Positions 43,820-53,900 of a stretch of DNA of 64,000 bases are shown piece after piece. The stretch's first letter is position 1. Each line of letters starts with the position of its first letter. The position numbers were made by a program, and so were the translations under genes. Origin of the DNA: Escherichia phage vB-Eco-KMB42; sequence record OR539221.1; one strand, given 5' to 3'. The notes beneath the pieces were generated by a model. It did no database searches. It saw only the letters and a program-made list of their open reading frames with translations, and was not told the origin of the DNA.

Positions 43820-44680
43820 TTATACCGCCATTTTTCCTTTAATTGGCGGGTGAGATACATAGTTTTTAAGAACAAAATCATGTGGCTTTGCAAATTGACT
43901 CAACCAAAATACCTGCGATTCTGTGTCCCATTCATCAAATTCATCTGGAAATTTTAATTGTAATTCGCATAAATCCATAGGTTCACGGCGTAAAATTTCT
44001 TTACATTGTTCTACGTGATTCATATAGATATGAGTATTACCACCAGAAAATATCAAATCTCCAGGAATAAGATTACACATTTTAGCTACAATATGAACTA
44101 ACGTAGCATATGATGCAATATTAAATGGAAGACCGAGGAAAACATCTACCGAACGTTGATACCACTGCAAATCCAAATAGCAATTACGCACATTAAACTG
44201 ATAGAACATATGACAAGGAGGTAATGCCATATATTTAAGTTCAGCTGGATTCCATGCAGAAACAATTTGACGCCTATCATTTGGCAGTTTTTTAATACGA
44301 TCAACAACTTCTATAATTTGGTCTACACCGCCAAAATCACGCCACTGTTTTCCATAAATTGGACCAAGTTCACCGCTATGGTATCCTAAATCTTTTGCCT
44401 GATTTTCGTAATTTTCATCCCAAACTGTTTTGCCTTGGATTAACGAATCGTGTTGAATTAATCGTAAATCATTGACATTTGTGCTTCCTGATAAAAACCA
44501 TATTAGCTCAGCAATGCATGCATTCCAGGCGAGCTTTTTAGTTGTTACTGCAGGAAAACCTTTAGTTAAATCCCAGCGTAATTTAGTACCGAACAAAGCA
44601 ATTGTTCCTGTGCCTGTTCGATCATCGGTTTCATAGCCATTTTCAAAAATGTCTTTAATTAAATCTTGGTATTGTTTCAT
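43820..44680 (-). CDS. td: Thymidylate synthase (uninterrupted, no intron)
   Basis: 286-aa continuous ORF with TS motifs (catalytic Cys in ALPPCHMFYQF); T4 td is split by a group I intron but is not here. Confidence 0.95.
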   Translation of the reverse strand: MKQYQDLIKDIFENGYETDDRTGTGTIALFGTKLRWDLTKGFPAVTTKKLAWNACIAELIWFLSGSTNVNDLRLIQHDSLIQGKTVWDENYENQAKDLGYHSGELGPIYGKQWRDFGGVDQIIEVVDRIKKLPNDRRQIVSAWNPAELKYMALPPCHMFYQFNVRNCYLDLQWYQRSVDVFLGLPFNIASYATLVHIVAKMCNLIPGDLIFSGGNTHIYMNHVEQCKEILRREPMDLCELQLKFPDEFDEWDTESQVFWLSQFAKPHDFVLKNYVSHPPIKGKMAV

Positions 44681-44725
44681 TTAGTACCTTATATAAATTA
44701 TAATACATTTTATGAAGCTAAATAA

Positions 44726-45073
44726 TCAATACGGTTTAGCATCAAATTTTCTCTCAATTTCAGGCGTGAAATATAATTCTTTACCACGTTTGGAAAAGCG
44801 ACCAATAATATGATAATTATTCTCATCAAACGTGATATTACCAATATCCATAGCTTTCAACCAAATATCAATATTTCTATCCAGCTTTATGTCAAAATTC
44901 CAATACGGAGAACTATTACCGAAAATACTGCAAGCGGATTCAGTGAAACAACTGCTATAAATCTTGTCTTTAGGAACTACTAATTGATAGACACCTTTAA
45001 TAAACTGAGGACCCTGCCACTTTGGCTGTTTCTCGTCTTTTTCTAATAGAATAGGGTAATAATTAAAATTCAT
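44726..45073 (-). CDS. Hypothetical protein located between frd and td
   Basis: 115-aa ORF with AGG RBS occupying the frd-td junction. Confidence 0.55.
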   Translation of the reverse strand: MNFNYYPILLEKDEKQPKWQGPQFIKGVYQLVVPKDKIYSSCFTESACSIFGNSSPYWNFDIKLDRNIDIWLKAMDIGNITFDENNYHIIGRFSKRGKELYFTPEIERKFDAKPY

Positions 45074-45092
45074 ATTTCCGCCACGCGTTATT

Positions 45093-45915
<823 letters not shown>

Positions 45916-45931
<16 letters not shown>

Positions 45932-46275
45932 TGAAAGGGGCCAGAAGCAAATCCGCTATCTTTAATCATTTTAACTAAAGTTACCATTCCTCTGTTAACT
46001 GCTTGTGCGATTTCATTAAAAACTTCATCACTATCACCATAAAGATCGCTAAAAAGTTCTAACACGTTCTTCTGAACCTTTAATTTACAACCAACAAATT
46101 CGCCTACAGTAAATTCGTTTCCGCCAACTCCAGCGTAAAACGTAATTACACCAGTTAATGGTCTTTCACTAGAACATAGGTCGTGTGATAAATTAATATA
46201 AGCCGTCCCGGGCGCAGTTTTAAGTTGGCAACGAATACTTACTCGAGCAATTCCAGCTACACGAATGTCAGACAT
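45916..46275 (-). CDS. Hypothetical protein
   Basis: 119-aa ORF in frd-32 cluster. Confidence 0.5.
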
Positions 46276-46285
46276 AATATTTTCC

Positions 46286-46528
46286 TCAGACAGACTTTTT
46301 CACAATTTTCCAATCAGCTTTAAACTGATCAACATCAGAATGATAAATCCAGAATCCTGCGCTTTCTCCGTCTTCATAAAGAGGACATCCATCACATTCA
46401 TCTTCCCATCCCATATCACGTAAAAGATGTTCAGCTTTTTCAACGAGTTCAGAATCTTTACCGATGATATTAAAATACCATTTACCTCTAACTTCCGAAT
46501 CTTTAATGCTCTGGCGTTGTAATCTCAT
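46286..46528 (-). CDS. Hypothetical small protein
   Basis: 80-aa ORF with GAGG RBS. Confidence 0.5.
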   Translation of the reverse strand: MRLQRQSIKDSEVRGKWYFNIIGKDSELVEKAEHLLRDMGWEDECDGCPLYEDGESAGFWIYHSDVDQFKADWKIVKKSV

Positions 46529-46588
46529 TTTATTCTCCTCAGTAGTTGATAGGGTAATAGTATCACACTACTACCCTGTTGTAAACAA

Positions 46589-46891
46589 TTATTTTTGAAT
46601 TTTATCGAGCCACTTACCAAGCTTAATCATTTCTTTAGTAGCCTTTTCCATACTTCTGAACTTAACTAATAGAGGATAGGTATCGACACCCATAACTAAA
46701 TTGGTTGCAAGACTGTGTTCACCCACAAGCCATAACGAATACGTTTGAATATCGAGTCCGTAATTTCTGTCTTTATGGACCCGTACACCCATCACTTCAA
46801 ATTTCTCACTAGCTTTTTCTACCGCATCCAGGAAATCATCTTTAGTCATATTAGGCCTTAAAAGTTTTTCGCAAAAGTTCAATGATTTCAT
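46589..46891 (-). CDS. Hypothetical protein
   Basis: 100-aa ORF. Confidence 0.5.
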   Translation of the reverse strand: MKSLNFCEKLLRPNMTKDDFLDAVEKASEKFEVMGVRVHKDRNYGLDIQTYSLWLVGEHSLATNLVMGVDTYPLLVKFRSMEKATKEMIKLGKWLDKIQK

Positions 46892-47237
46892 CTACATTGT
46901 TTTCGTCAACAATACAGTGAATTTTTGTTACGCCAGAAACTATACCTTCATTAGCGGATTGAGGCTTTTCTAAAGCTACCTCAGTAAAGTATTTGAATTC
47001 TTCAGGGTAAATCTCAAAATACGTCTCAAGTGGGCCACCCGCCATGTATTCAGTGCCATCTTCCATAGTTACACGTACCACACATTCACCAGTACAATCA
47101 TCACTTTCCATTTCATCTACAACAAAACTAGGTCCGTGCTTCTCTATTAAATTTAGCATCATTACATTGCAACGGCACTCGTTAGCAAAGTCATTTTTAA
47201 ATAAAGGGTTAATGATATAAGTTTTTCCAACTTCCAT
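46851..47237 (-). CDS. Hypothetical protein
   Basis: 128-aa ORF with GAGG RBS. Confidence 0.5.
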   Translation of the reverse strand: MEVGKTYIINPLFKNDFANECRCNVMMLNLIEKHGPSFVVDEMESDDCTGECVVRVTMEDGTEYMAGGPLETYFEIYPEEFKYFTEVALEKPQSANEGIVSGVTKIHCIVDENNVDEIIELLRKTFKA

Positions 47238-47281
47238 TTTGATTTCCTCATTTTAACGGGGCTATTATAGCCCCTTGATAA

Positions 47282-47575
47282 TTATTGTTCAATCAATCCC
47301 ATGTAAAATTCTGCGTCTTCAGAATCCATACCATCACAATATTCATTAGCCATAAAGCGGGTGAGGTCTTCAAGAGGACCTTCAATGACAATAGAAAAAT
47401 TGCAATAATTGGGATCATCATGAATACTTGTGATACTAAGTTCAGGATAACGATTACGAATAATCTCTTCAATATATTCAAAATCAACGATGTCAATATC
47501 AACTTTAGCCATATCATTTTCCTCTTTAATCATCAGCAGTATTGCCGATAGTTGTATAGTACCATGGAAGGACAA
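47282..47575 (-). CDS. Hypothetical acidic protein
   Basis: 97-aa ORF with GAGG RBS. Confidence 0.5.
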   Translation of the reverse strand: MSFHGTIQLSAILLMIKEENDMAKVDIDIVDFEYIEEIIRNRYPELSITSIHDDPNYCNFSIVIEGPLEDLTRFMANEYCDGMDSEDAEFYMGLIEQ

Positions 47576-47604
47576 GGATGTAAACAGTTTTGTGAAAAAA
47601 TTTT

Positions 47605-47635
47605 TGAAATAAAAAAGGGGACCTCTAGGGTCCCC
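47605..47635 (-). terminator. Rho-independent terminator after gene 32
   Basis: Minus strand GGGGACC-CUAGA-GGUCCCC followed by UUUUUUAUUU. Confidence 0.6.
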
Positions 47636-47657
47636 AATTAATTAGTAATATAATCTA

Positions 47658-48566
47658 TTAAAGGTCATTCAAAAGGTCATCCAGGTCCGTGTCATCAGCA
47701 CTAGATGAACTGCCAGAGCTTGAGCTCATAAAATCATCTTCAGTTTTTGTTTTGAAGTCATCAACATTGAATGCATCTAAATCATCAGCAACTTTATCAG
47801 CTTTCTTAGCAGCAGTTGCAGCGGCACCACCCATAGCAGCAGTTCCCATAACTTGACTGAACTTAGTGCTCAGTTCTTCAAACGATTTGAATTTATCTTT
47901 AGAAGTCATTTCAGAAAGGTCAACCATTTGTTCGAACAGTTCTTTCTGGAAAGATTCATCGTCAATGTTTGGAATCGCAGATTGATTCAGGAATTTAGAT
48001 TCGTCGTAGTTACTAAAACCAGAAACTTGTTTAACTTTCAGTACAAAGTTAGCACCTTCCCACGGACAAGTTACATCAACAGGAGTTTCACCCATTTCAA
48101 CATCAACTGCAATCATTGCGTTGATTTTATCCCAGATTTTCTTACCGAAACGGTATTTAAATACTTTACCTTCATTTTCTGGAGCAGCTGGGTCTTTTAC
48201 TACAAGAATGTTAGCCCAGTAAGAAGTTTTACGTTTAACAAGACCGTACTCTTTATTGTCAGTGTTGTACAAATCATTTTTACTGATGTACTGACATACT
48301 GGACAAGAATCGTAATCACCGTGGGTAGATGAACAGTTTTCAATATACCATTTACCATTTTTCTTGAAACCGTGATTTACAAGAATTGCGAATGGTGCTT
48401 GTTCATCATTTTTAGACGGAAGAAAACGAATTACTGCTTGACCGTTACCCGCATTATCGAGTTTCAGTTTCCACTCGCCTTTATCTTCAGAAGAAAAACC
48501 ACCTTTATTTCCAGCCAGTTTAGCCATTTGTGCAGCGAGTTCAGCAGTAGATTTACGTTTAAACAT
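47658..48566 (-). CDS. 32: Single-stranded DNA-binding protein gp32
   Basis: 301 aa as T4 gp32; N-terminus [17 protein letters not shown]; zinc-binding H/C cluster; acidic C-terminus. Confidence 0.95.
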   Translation of the reverse strand: MFKRKSTAELAAQMAKLAGNKGGFSSEDKGEWKLKLDNAGNGQAVIRFLPSKNDEQAPFAILVNHGFKKNGKWYIENCSSTHGDYDSCPVCQYISKNDLYNTDNKEYGLVKRKTSYWANILVVKDPAAPENEGKVFKYRFGKKIWDKINAMIAVDVEMGETPVDVTCPWEGANFVLKVKQVSGFSNYDESKFLNQSAIPNIDDESFQKELFEQMVDLSEMTSKDKFKSFEELSTKFSQVMGTAAMGGAAATAAKKADKVADDLDAFNVDDFKTKTEDDFMSSSSGSSSSADDTDLDDLLNDL

Positions 48567-48633
48567 TTTTATTTCCTTTTTAATTTAATTAACAGTTGGT
48601 GCTATGACGATGTATGACCTCATAGCTGGTCAG
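48567..48633 (-). promoter_or_regulatory. Gene 32 mRNA leader: translational operator with pseudoknot-forming element and unstructured AU-rich tract
   Basis: Minus strand ...CUGACCAGCUAUGAGGUCAUACAUCGUCAUAGC...UUAAUUAAAUUAAAAAGGAAAUAAAAAUG, the pattern I recall for the T4 gene 32 autoregulatory leader. Confidence 0.55.
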
Positions 48634-48649
48634 TGAGATAATTATAATC

Positions 48650-48657
48650 TATTTATA
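48650..48657 (-). promoter_or_regulatory. Late promoter-like TATAAATA upstream of gene 32
   Basis: Reverse complement of TATTTATA. Confidence 0.4.
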
Positions 48658-48665
48658 ATAAGCAA

Positions 48666-49319
48666 TTAATACTTGCAAGATTTCACAGTTTCAATAAAAA
48701 CTTTTTTAGCTTCCTGTGAATCAATATTTAAAATTTTTCTATAAGCCTTTAACTTTATAGAATAATTATTCCAGACTAAATTATCAGTCTGTTCATCATG
48801 TTTATCGATTATATTTAAAAACGAATCAAGCAAGATAAACGTCTCAAACGAAATTATATTCGATTGAAGTAGTTTAAAAATATAACTTGACTGAACTTTT
48901 GGATTATAATCAAAGATTTCTTTAAAAGCAGAAACTTCAACTTTTTTACTAAAATAATAAATGTTGCGAATATCTTCTTCAAACTTAAATTTAATTTGCT
49001 TTAAGCGTCCGATATATTCACGATAAAACACAAGTGCATCAGCGTCAGAGATGTCACCAATCCAAGCATCCTGGTTAGCAACAAGATTGCTTATAAAGAT
49101 TAAAGCAAGTTCCTTTAATTTATATTTTTCTGATAACTTCTGAAAAAAATACTTATCCCTTCGCTTTTGATAAGCGGCATCAGACACCCGCATGCACCAA
49201 TTGTACTTAATAACATCATATTTTCCATTCATATGTTGTTTTATCATTAAGTATAATTTATAAACTGATTTACCATCAATATATCTTTCACCACCAGCAG
49301 GCATGCGGAGTTTAATCAT
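48666..49319 (-). CDS. 59: Helicase loader gp59
   Basis: 217 aa as T4 gp59; position between 33 and 32. Confidence 0.9.
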   Translation of the reverse strand: MIKLRMPAGGERYIDGKSVYKLYLMIKQHMNGKYDVIKYNWCMRVSDAAYQKRRDKYFFQKLSEKYKLKELALIFISNLVANQDAWIGDISDADALVFYREYIGRLKQIKFKFEEDIRNIYYFSKKVEVSAFKEIFDYNPKVQSSYIFKLLQSNIISFETFILLDSFLNIIDKHDEQTDNLVWNNYSIKLKAYRKILNIDSQEAKKVFIETVKSCKY

Positions 49320-49654
49320 AGCAGAAAATCTAATGTATTAGTTTTTTCACAACGAACAACAGAAGGGCGTAAAAGATTTTCGTCAATAGCTTCTGACTGA
49401 ATTTTTTCAATTATACCCGAAGGAATAAATTTAGCAAATTGAGTTTCAGGAATAGAGTTTTCTTCCAAGAATGCTGTTGTAGCTTCAAGATAACTCATTC
49501 CAAACTCTTCTACCATTTTTTCAATAATAAATCCATTTTCTTGACGATCAAGAAGCTTTGCTATTTCATCCTTTTCTTTCTTGATTGAAAGTTCTTTTTC
49601 TGAAAGACCGGTCTCATCGACCGGACGAATATCATTTAGAGAAAACTGTGTCAT
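49316..49654 (-). CDS. 33: Late transcription co-activator gp33
   Basis: 112 aa from ATG at 49654 (ORF track 115 aa); ATGA overlap with gene 59. Confidence 0.8.
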   Translation of the reverse strand: MTQFSLNDIRPVDETGLSEKELSIKKEKDEIAKLLDRQENGFIIEKMVEEFGMSYLEATTAFLEENSIPETQFAKFIPSGIIEKIQSEAIDENLLRPSVVRCEKTNTLDFLL

Positions 49655-49901
49655 AAAGTTCAACTACCTCTTCAGTTTCAGCTTCAAACACATCACGGTT
49701 ATCTTTATGATACAAAGCTAATAGACGATTAAACATCTTACCATCAACGCCAAGTTCATCTTTGGCACGAATTCGAATGTCTTTAATCAATTCATTATAA
49801 CCGGAAATTTTCAGTTTATGATCAGATGCTTCTTTAATAAATTTAGCCAAGTCTTCGCCATGGATAGCTTCATCAAATTCAACCATTTCTTTTTTAGCCA
49901 T
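49632..49901 (-). CDS. dsbA: Double-stranded DNA-binding protein DsbA
   Basis: 89 aa as T4 DsbA; position between rnh and 33. Confidence 0.8.
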   Translation of the reverse strand: MAKKEMVEFDEAIHGEDLAKFIKEASDHKLKISGYNELIKDIRIRAKDELGVDGKMFNRLLALYHKDNRDVFEAETEEVVELYDTVFSK

Positions 49902-49909
49902 TATTCACC

Positions 49910-50827
49910 TCAAAATTCATTAATGCTATTAGTTAATTTAGAAAGACCCGCTTTTACAAAATATGAATAAATTTTGCCACGCGGTGGTAATTTATATGAA
50001 TTATAGTAATTCACAATGTTTGAAGCAATATTATCAGGAATATAATCAAAATCAATTAGAACTAAATTTTCTTTATAACGATTATATTCAGATTCTGTGA
50101 GAAGCACCTTAGCTTGCTCACGGTCATTAGCAATAGCTTCAACGATTGAAGTTTTCATTGAAGGAGTTCGTTCACCTTCAACTCTGGTAAACCAAAAGTC
50201 AGATCGTACTTTAACTGAAGCAACGTTATCCTTTTTGTCGCCTTTAAGGATTTTAGTCATACAGTCAATTTCAGCAGAACCGCTTTTAATTTTAACCCAT
50301 TTCTTATGCATCGGTGACCATTGCTTAACATTTGGGTATTTGTGAAGCTGTGTAAAGTCACCATCCGATGAAATGATTAAAATCTTGTGTCCTTCTAAAG
50401 AGAACTTTTTAACAAGAACAGCAATATGGTCATCTGCTTCATACTTATCAATATCCATAACAATGTATGGCATATAAGCTTTCAATTCATCTATAACTTT
50501 ATGGCTGGATTCAAAATAACCTTCCCAGTCCCAAGTAGATTCTTCTCGTGCTTTTCCACGGTTTTTCTTGTAATAGTAAGCGAAATCACGACGCCAGTAT
50601 CCAGATTTCGCATTATCAATACACAGTACAATTTTAGTGTATCCAAGAGTTTTTGCTTTTTTGACATTAAACTTAATTGAGTTCAATATCAAATGACGAA
50701 CCATTGATAAATTAATTTTTTCTTTATCTGGGAAGTTTACTAAAGCAGTTGAAAGCGCAATTTGACTAAAGTCAATAAAGCAAATTCCTTCTTTGTAATC
50801 TTCATCCAGCATCATTTCTAAATCCAT
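49910..50827 (-). CDS. rnh: RNase H (5'-3' exonuclease / flap endonuclease)
   Basis: 305 aa from ATG at 50827 (MDLEMMLDEDYKEG); FEN-family acidic residues. Confidence 0.9.
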   Translation of the reverse strand: MDLEMMLDEDYKEGICFIDFSQIALSTALVNFPDKEKINLSMVRHLILNSIKFNVKKAKTLGYTKIVLCIDNAKSGYWRRDFAYYYKKNRGKAREESTWDWEGYFESSHKVIDELKAYMPYIVMDIDKYEADDHIAVLVKKFSLEGHKILIISSDGDFTQLHKYPNVKQWSPMHKKWVKIKSGSAEIDCMTKILKGDKKDNVASVKVRSDFWFTRVEGERTPSMKTSIVEAIANDREQAKVLLTESEYNRYKENLVLIDFDYIPDNIASNIVNYYNSYKLPPRGKIYSYFVKAGLSKLTNSINEF

Positions 50828-50856
50828 ATGAACCTCGTTCAATTAGTGAGATTTCT

Positions 50857-50886
50857 ATTATATACCATCCAAATCTTAAAGTAAAC
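50857..50886 (-). promoter_or_regulatory. Putative early promoter for rnh
   Basis: Minus strand GTTTAC - 18 nt - TATAAT. Confidence 0.45.
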
Positions 50887-50889
50887 AAG

Positions 50890-50897
50890 TATAAATA
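50890..50897 (+). promoter_or_regulatory. Late promoter (TATAAATA) for gene 34
   Basis: Exact TATAAATA ~35 nt upstream of gene 34 ATG. Confidence 0.6.
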
Positions 50898-50931
50898 CTT
50901 ATTATTGAAAACACAATAGGAGCCCGGGAGA

Positions 50932-53900
50932 ATGGCCGAGATTAAAAGAAAGTTCAGAGCAGAAGACGGTCTGGACGCAGGTGGCGATAAAATAATCAAC
51001 GTAGCTTTAGCTGATCGTACCGTAGGAACTGACGGTGTTAACGTTGATTACTTAATTCAAGAAAACACAGTTCAACAATATGATCCAACTCGTGGATATT
51101 TAAAAGATTTTGTAATCATTTATGATAACCGCTTTTGGGCTGCTATAAATGATATTCCAAAACCAGCAGGAGCTTTTAATAGCGTACGATGGAGAGCGTT
51201 ACGTACTGATGCAAACTGGACAACTGTTTCGTCAGGACCTTATCAATTAAAATCAGGCGAATCGATTTCAGTTAACACTGCAGCGGGTAATGACATTACA
51301 TTTACTTTGCCATCTTCTCCAATTGATGGTGATACTATCGTTCTCCAAGATATTGGAGGAAAACCTGGAGTTAACCAGGTTTTAATTACAGCTCCGGTAC
51401 AAAGCATTGTAAACTTTAGAGGTCAACAAGTACGCTCAGTACTAATGACTCATCCAAAATCACAGATAGTTTTAATTTTTAGTAATCGTCTGTGGCAAAT
51501 GTATGTTGCTGATTATAGCAGAGAAGCGGCAGTTGTAACGCCAGCGAGTCTTTATCAAGCGCAATCAAACGATTTTATCGTGCGTAGATTTACTTCTGCT
51601 TCAGCAATTAATATTAAACTTCCTAGATTTGCTAATCATGGGGATATTATTAATTTTGTTGATTTAGATAAATTAAATCCGTTATATCATACTATCGTTA
51701 CTACATACGATGAAACGACTTCAGTACAAGAAGTTGGAACTCATTCCATTGAAGGCCGTACATCTATTGATGGTTTCTTAATGTTTGATGATAATGAGAA
51801 ATTGTGGAGATTATTTGACGGGGATAGTAAAGCACGTTTACGCATTATAACGACTAATTCTAATATTCGTCCAAATGAAGAAGTCATGGTATTTGGTGCG
51901 AATAATGGAACAACCCAAACAATTGAACTTCAGCTTCCAACTGATATTTCTATCGGTGATACTGTTAAGATTTCCATGAATTATATGAGAAAAGGACAAA
52001 CAGTTAAAATCAAAGCTGCTGGTGAAGATAAAATTGCTTCTTCAGTTCAATTGCTGCAATTTCCAAAACGTTCAGAATACCCACCTGAAACTAAATGGGT
52101 AACTGTTCAAGAATTAGTTTTTAATGGCGAAACCAATTATGTTCCAGTTTTACAGCTTGCTTATATCGAAGATTCCGATGGAAAATATTGGGTTGTACAG
52201 CAAAACGTTCCAACCGTAGAAAGAGTAGACTCTTTAAATAATTCTACTAGAGCAAGATTAGGTGTAATTGCATTAGCTACACAGGCTCAAGCTAATGCAG
52301 ATTTAGAAAATTCTCCACAAAAAGAATTGGCAATTACTCCAGAAACGTTAGCTAATCGTACTGCTACAGAAACTCGTAGAGGTATTGCAAGAATAGCAAC
52401 AACTGCGCAAGTAAACCAGGATACCACATTCTCTTTTGCAGATGACCTTATCATCACTCCTAAAAAGTTGAATGAAAGAACTGCTACAGAAACTCGCAGA
52501 GGTGTCGCTGAAATTGCTACACAGCAAGAAACTAATGCAGGAACCGATGATACGACAATCATCACTCCTAAAAAGCTTCAAGCTCGTCAAGGTTCTGAAT
52601 CATTATCTGGTATTGTAACTTTTGTATCTACTGCAGGTGCTACTCCGGCTTCTAGCCGTGAATTAAATGGTACGAATGTTTATAATAAAAACACTAATAA
52701 CTTAGTTGTTTCGCCTAAAGCTTTGGATCAGTATAAAGCTACTCCAACGCAACAAGGTGCAGTAATTTTAGCAGTTGAAAGTGAAGTAATTGCTGGACAA
52801 AGCCAAGAAGGATGGGCAAATGCGGTTGTAACGCCAGAAACGTTACATAAAAAGACATCAACTGATGGAAGAATTGGTTTAATTGAAATTGCTACTCAAA
52901 GTGAAGTTAATACAGGAACTGATTATACTCGTGCAGTCACTCCTAAAACTTTAAATGACCGTAGAGCAACTGAAAGTTTAAGTGGTATAGCTGAAATTGC
53001 TACACAAGTTGAATTCGACGCAGGCGTCGACGATACTCGTATCTCTACACCATTAAAAATTAAAACTAGATTTAATAGTACTGATCGTACTTCTGTTGTT
53101 GCTCTATCTGGATTAGTTGAATCAGGAACTCTCTGGGACCATTATACCCTTAATATTCTTGAAGCAAATGAGACACAACGTGGTACACTTCGTGTGGCTA
53201 CACAAGTTGAAGCTGCTGCTGGAAAATTAGATAATGTTTTAATAACTCCTAAAAAGCTTTTAGGTACTAAATCTACTGAAGCGCAAGAAGGTGTTATTAA
53301 AGTTGCAACTCAGTCTGAAACTGTGACTGGAACGTCAGCAAATACTGCTGTATCTCCAAAAAATTTAAAATGGATTGTGCAGAGTGAACCTACCTGGGCA
53401 GCTACTACTGCAGTAAGAGGCTTTGTTAAAACTTCATCTGGTTCAATTACATTTGTCGGTAATGATACAGTCGGTTCTACCCAAGATTTAGAACTGTATG
53501 AGAAAAATAGTTATGCAGTATCACCATATGAATTAAACCGTGTATTAGCAAATTATTTGCCATTAAAAGCAAAAGCTGCAGATAGTAATTTATTGGATGG
53601 TCTAGATTCATCTCAGTTCATTCGTAGGGACATTGCGCAGACGGTTAATGGTTCACTAACCTTAACTCAACAAACGAATCTGAGTGCCCCTCTTGTATCA
53701 TCTAGTACTGCTACGTTTGGTGGTTCAGTTACAGCAAATAGTGTACTAACGATTTCTAATACTGGAACAGCAACTCGATTGATTTTTGAGAAAGGACCTC
53801 AAACTGGAACAAACCCAGCCCAAACGATGACTGTTAGAGTGTGGGGAAATCAATTTAGTGGGGAATTAGATACAACACGTTCTACCGTATTTGAAGTTAG

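Noticed and set aside
43820-44680. Group I introns and homing endonuclease ORFs in td and nrdB
   Set aside because: Both genes are continuous full-length ORFs, and the flanking spacers are too short to hold mobE or seg genes
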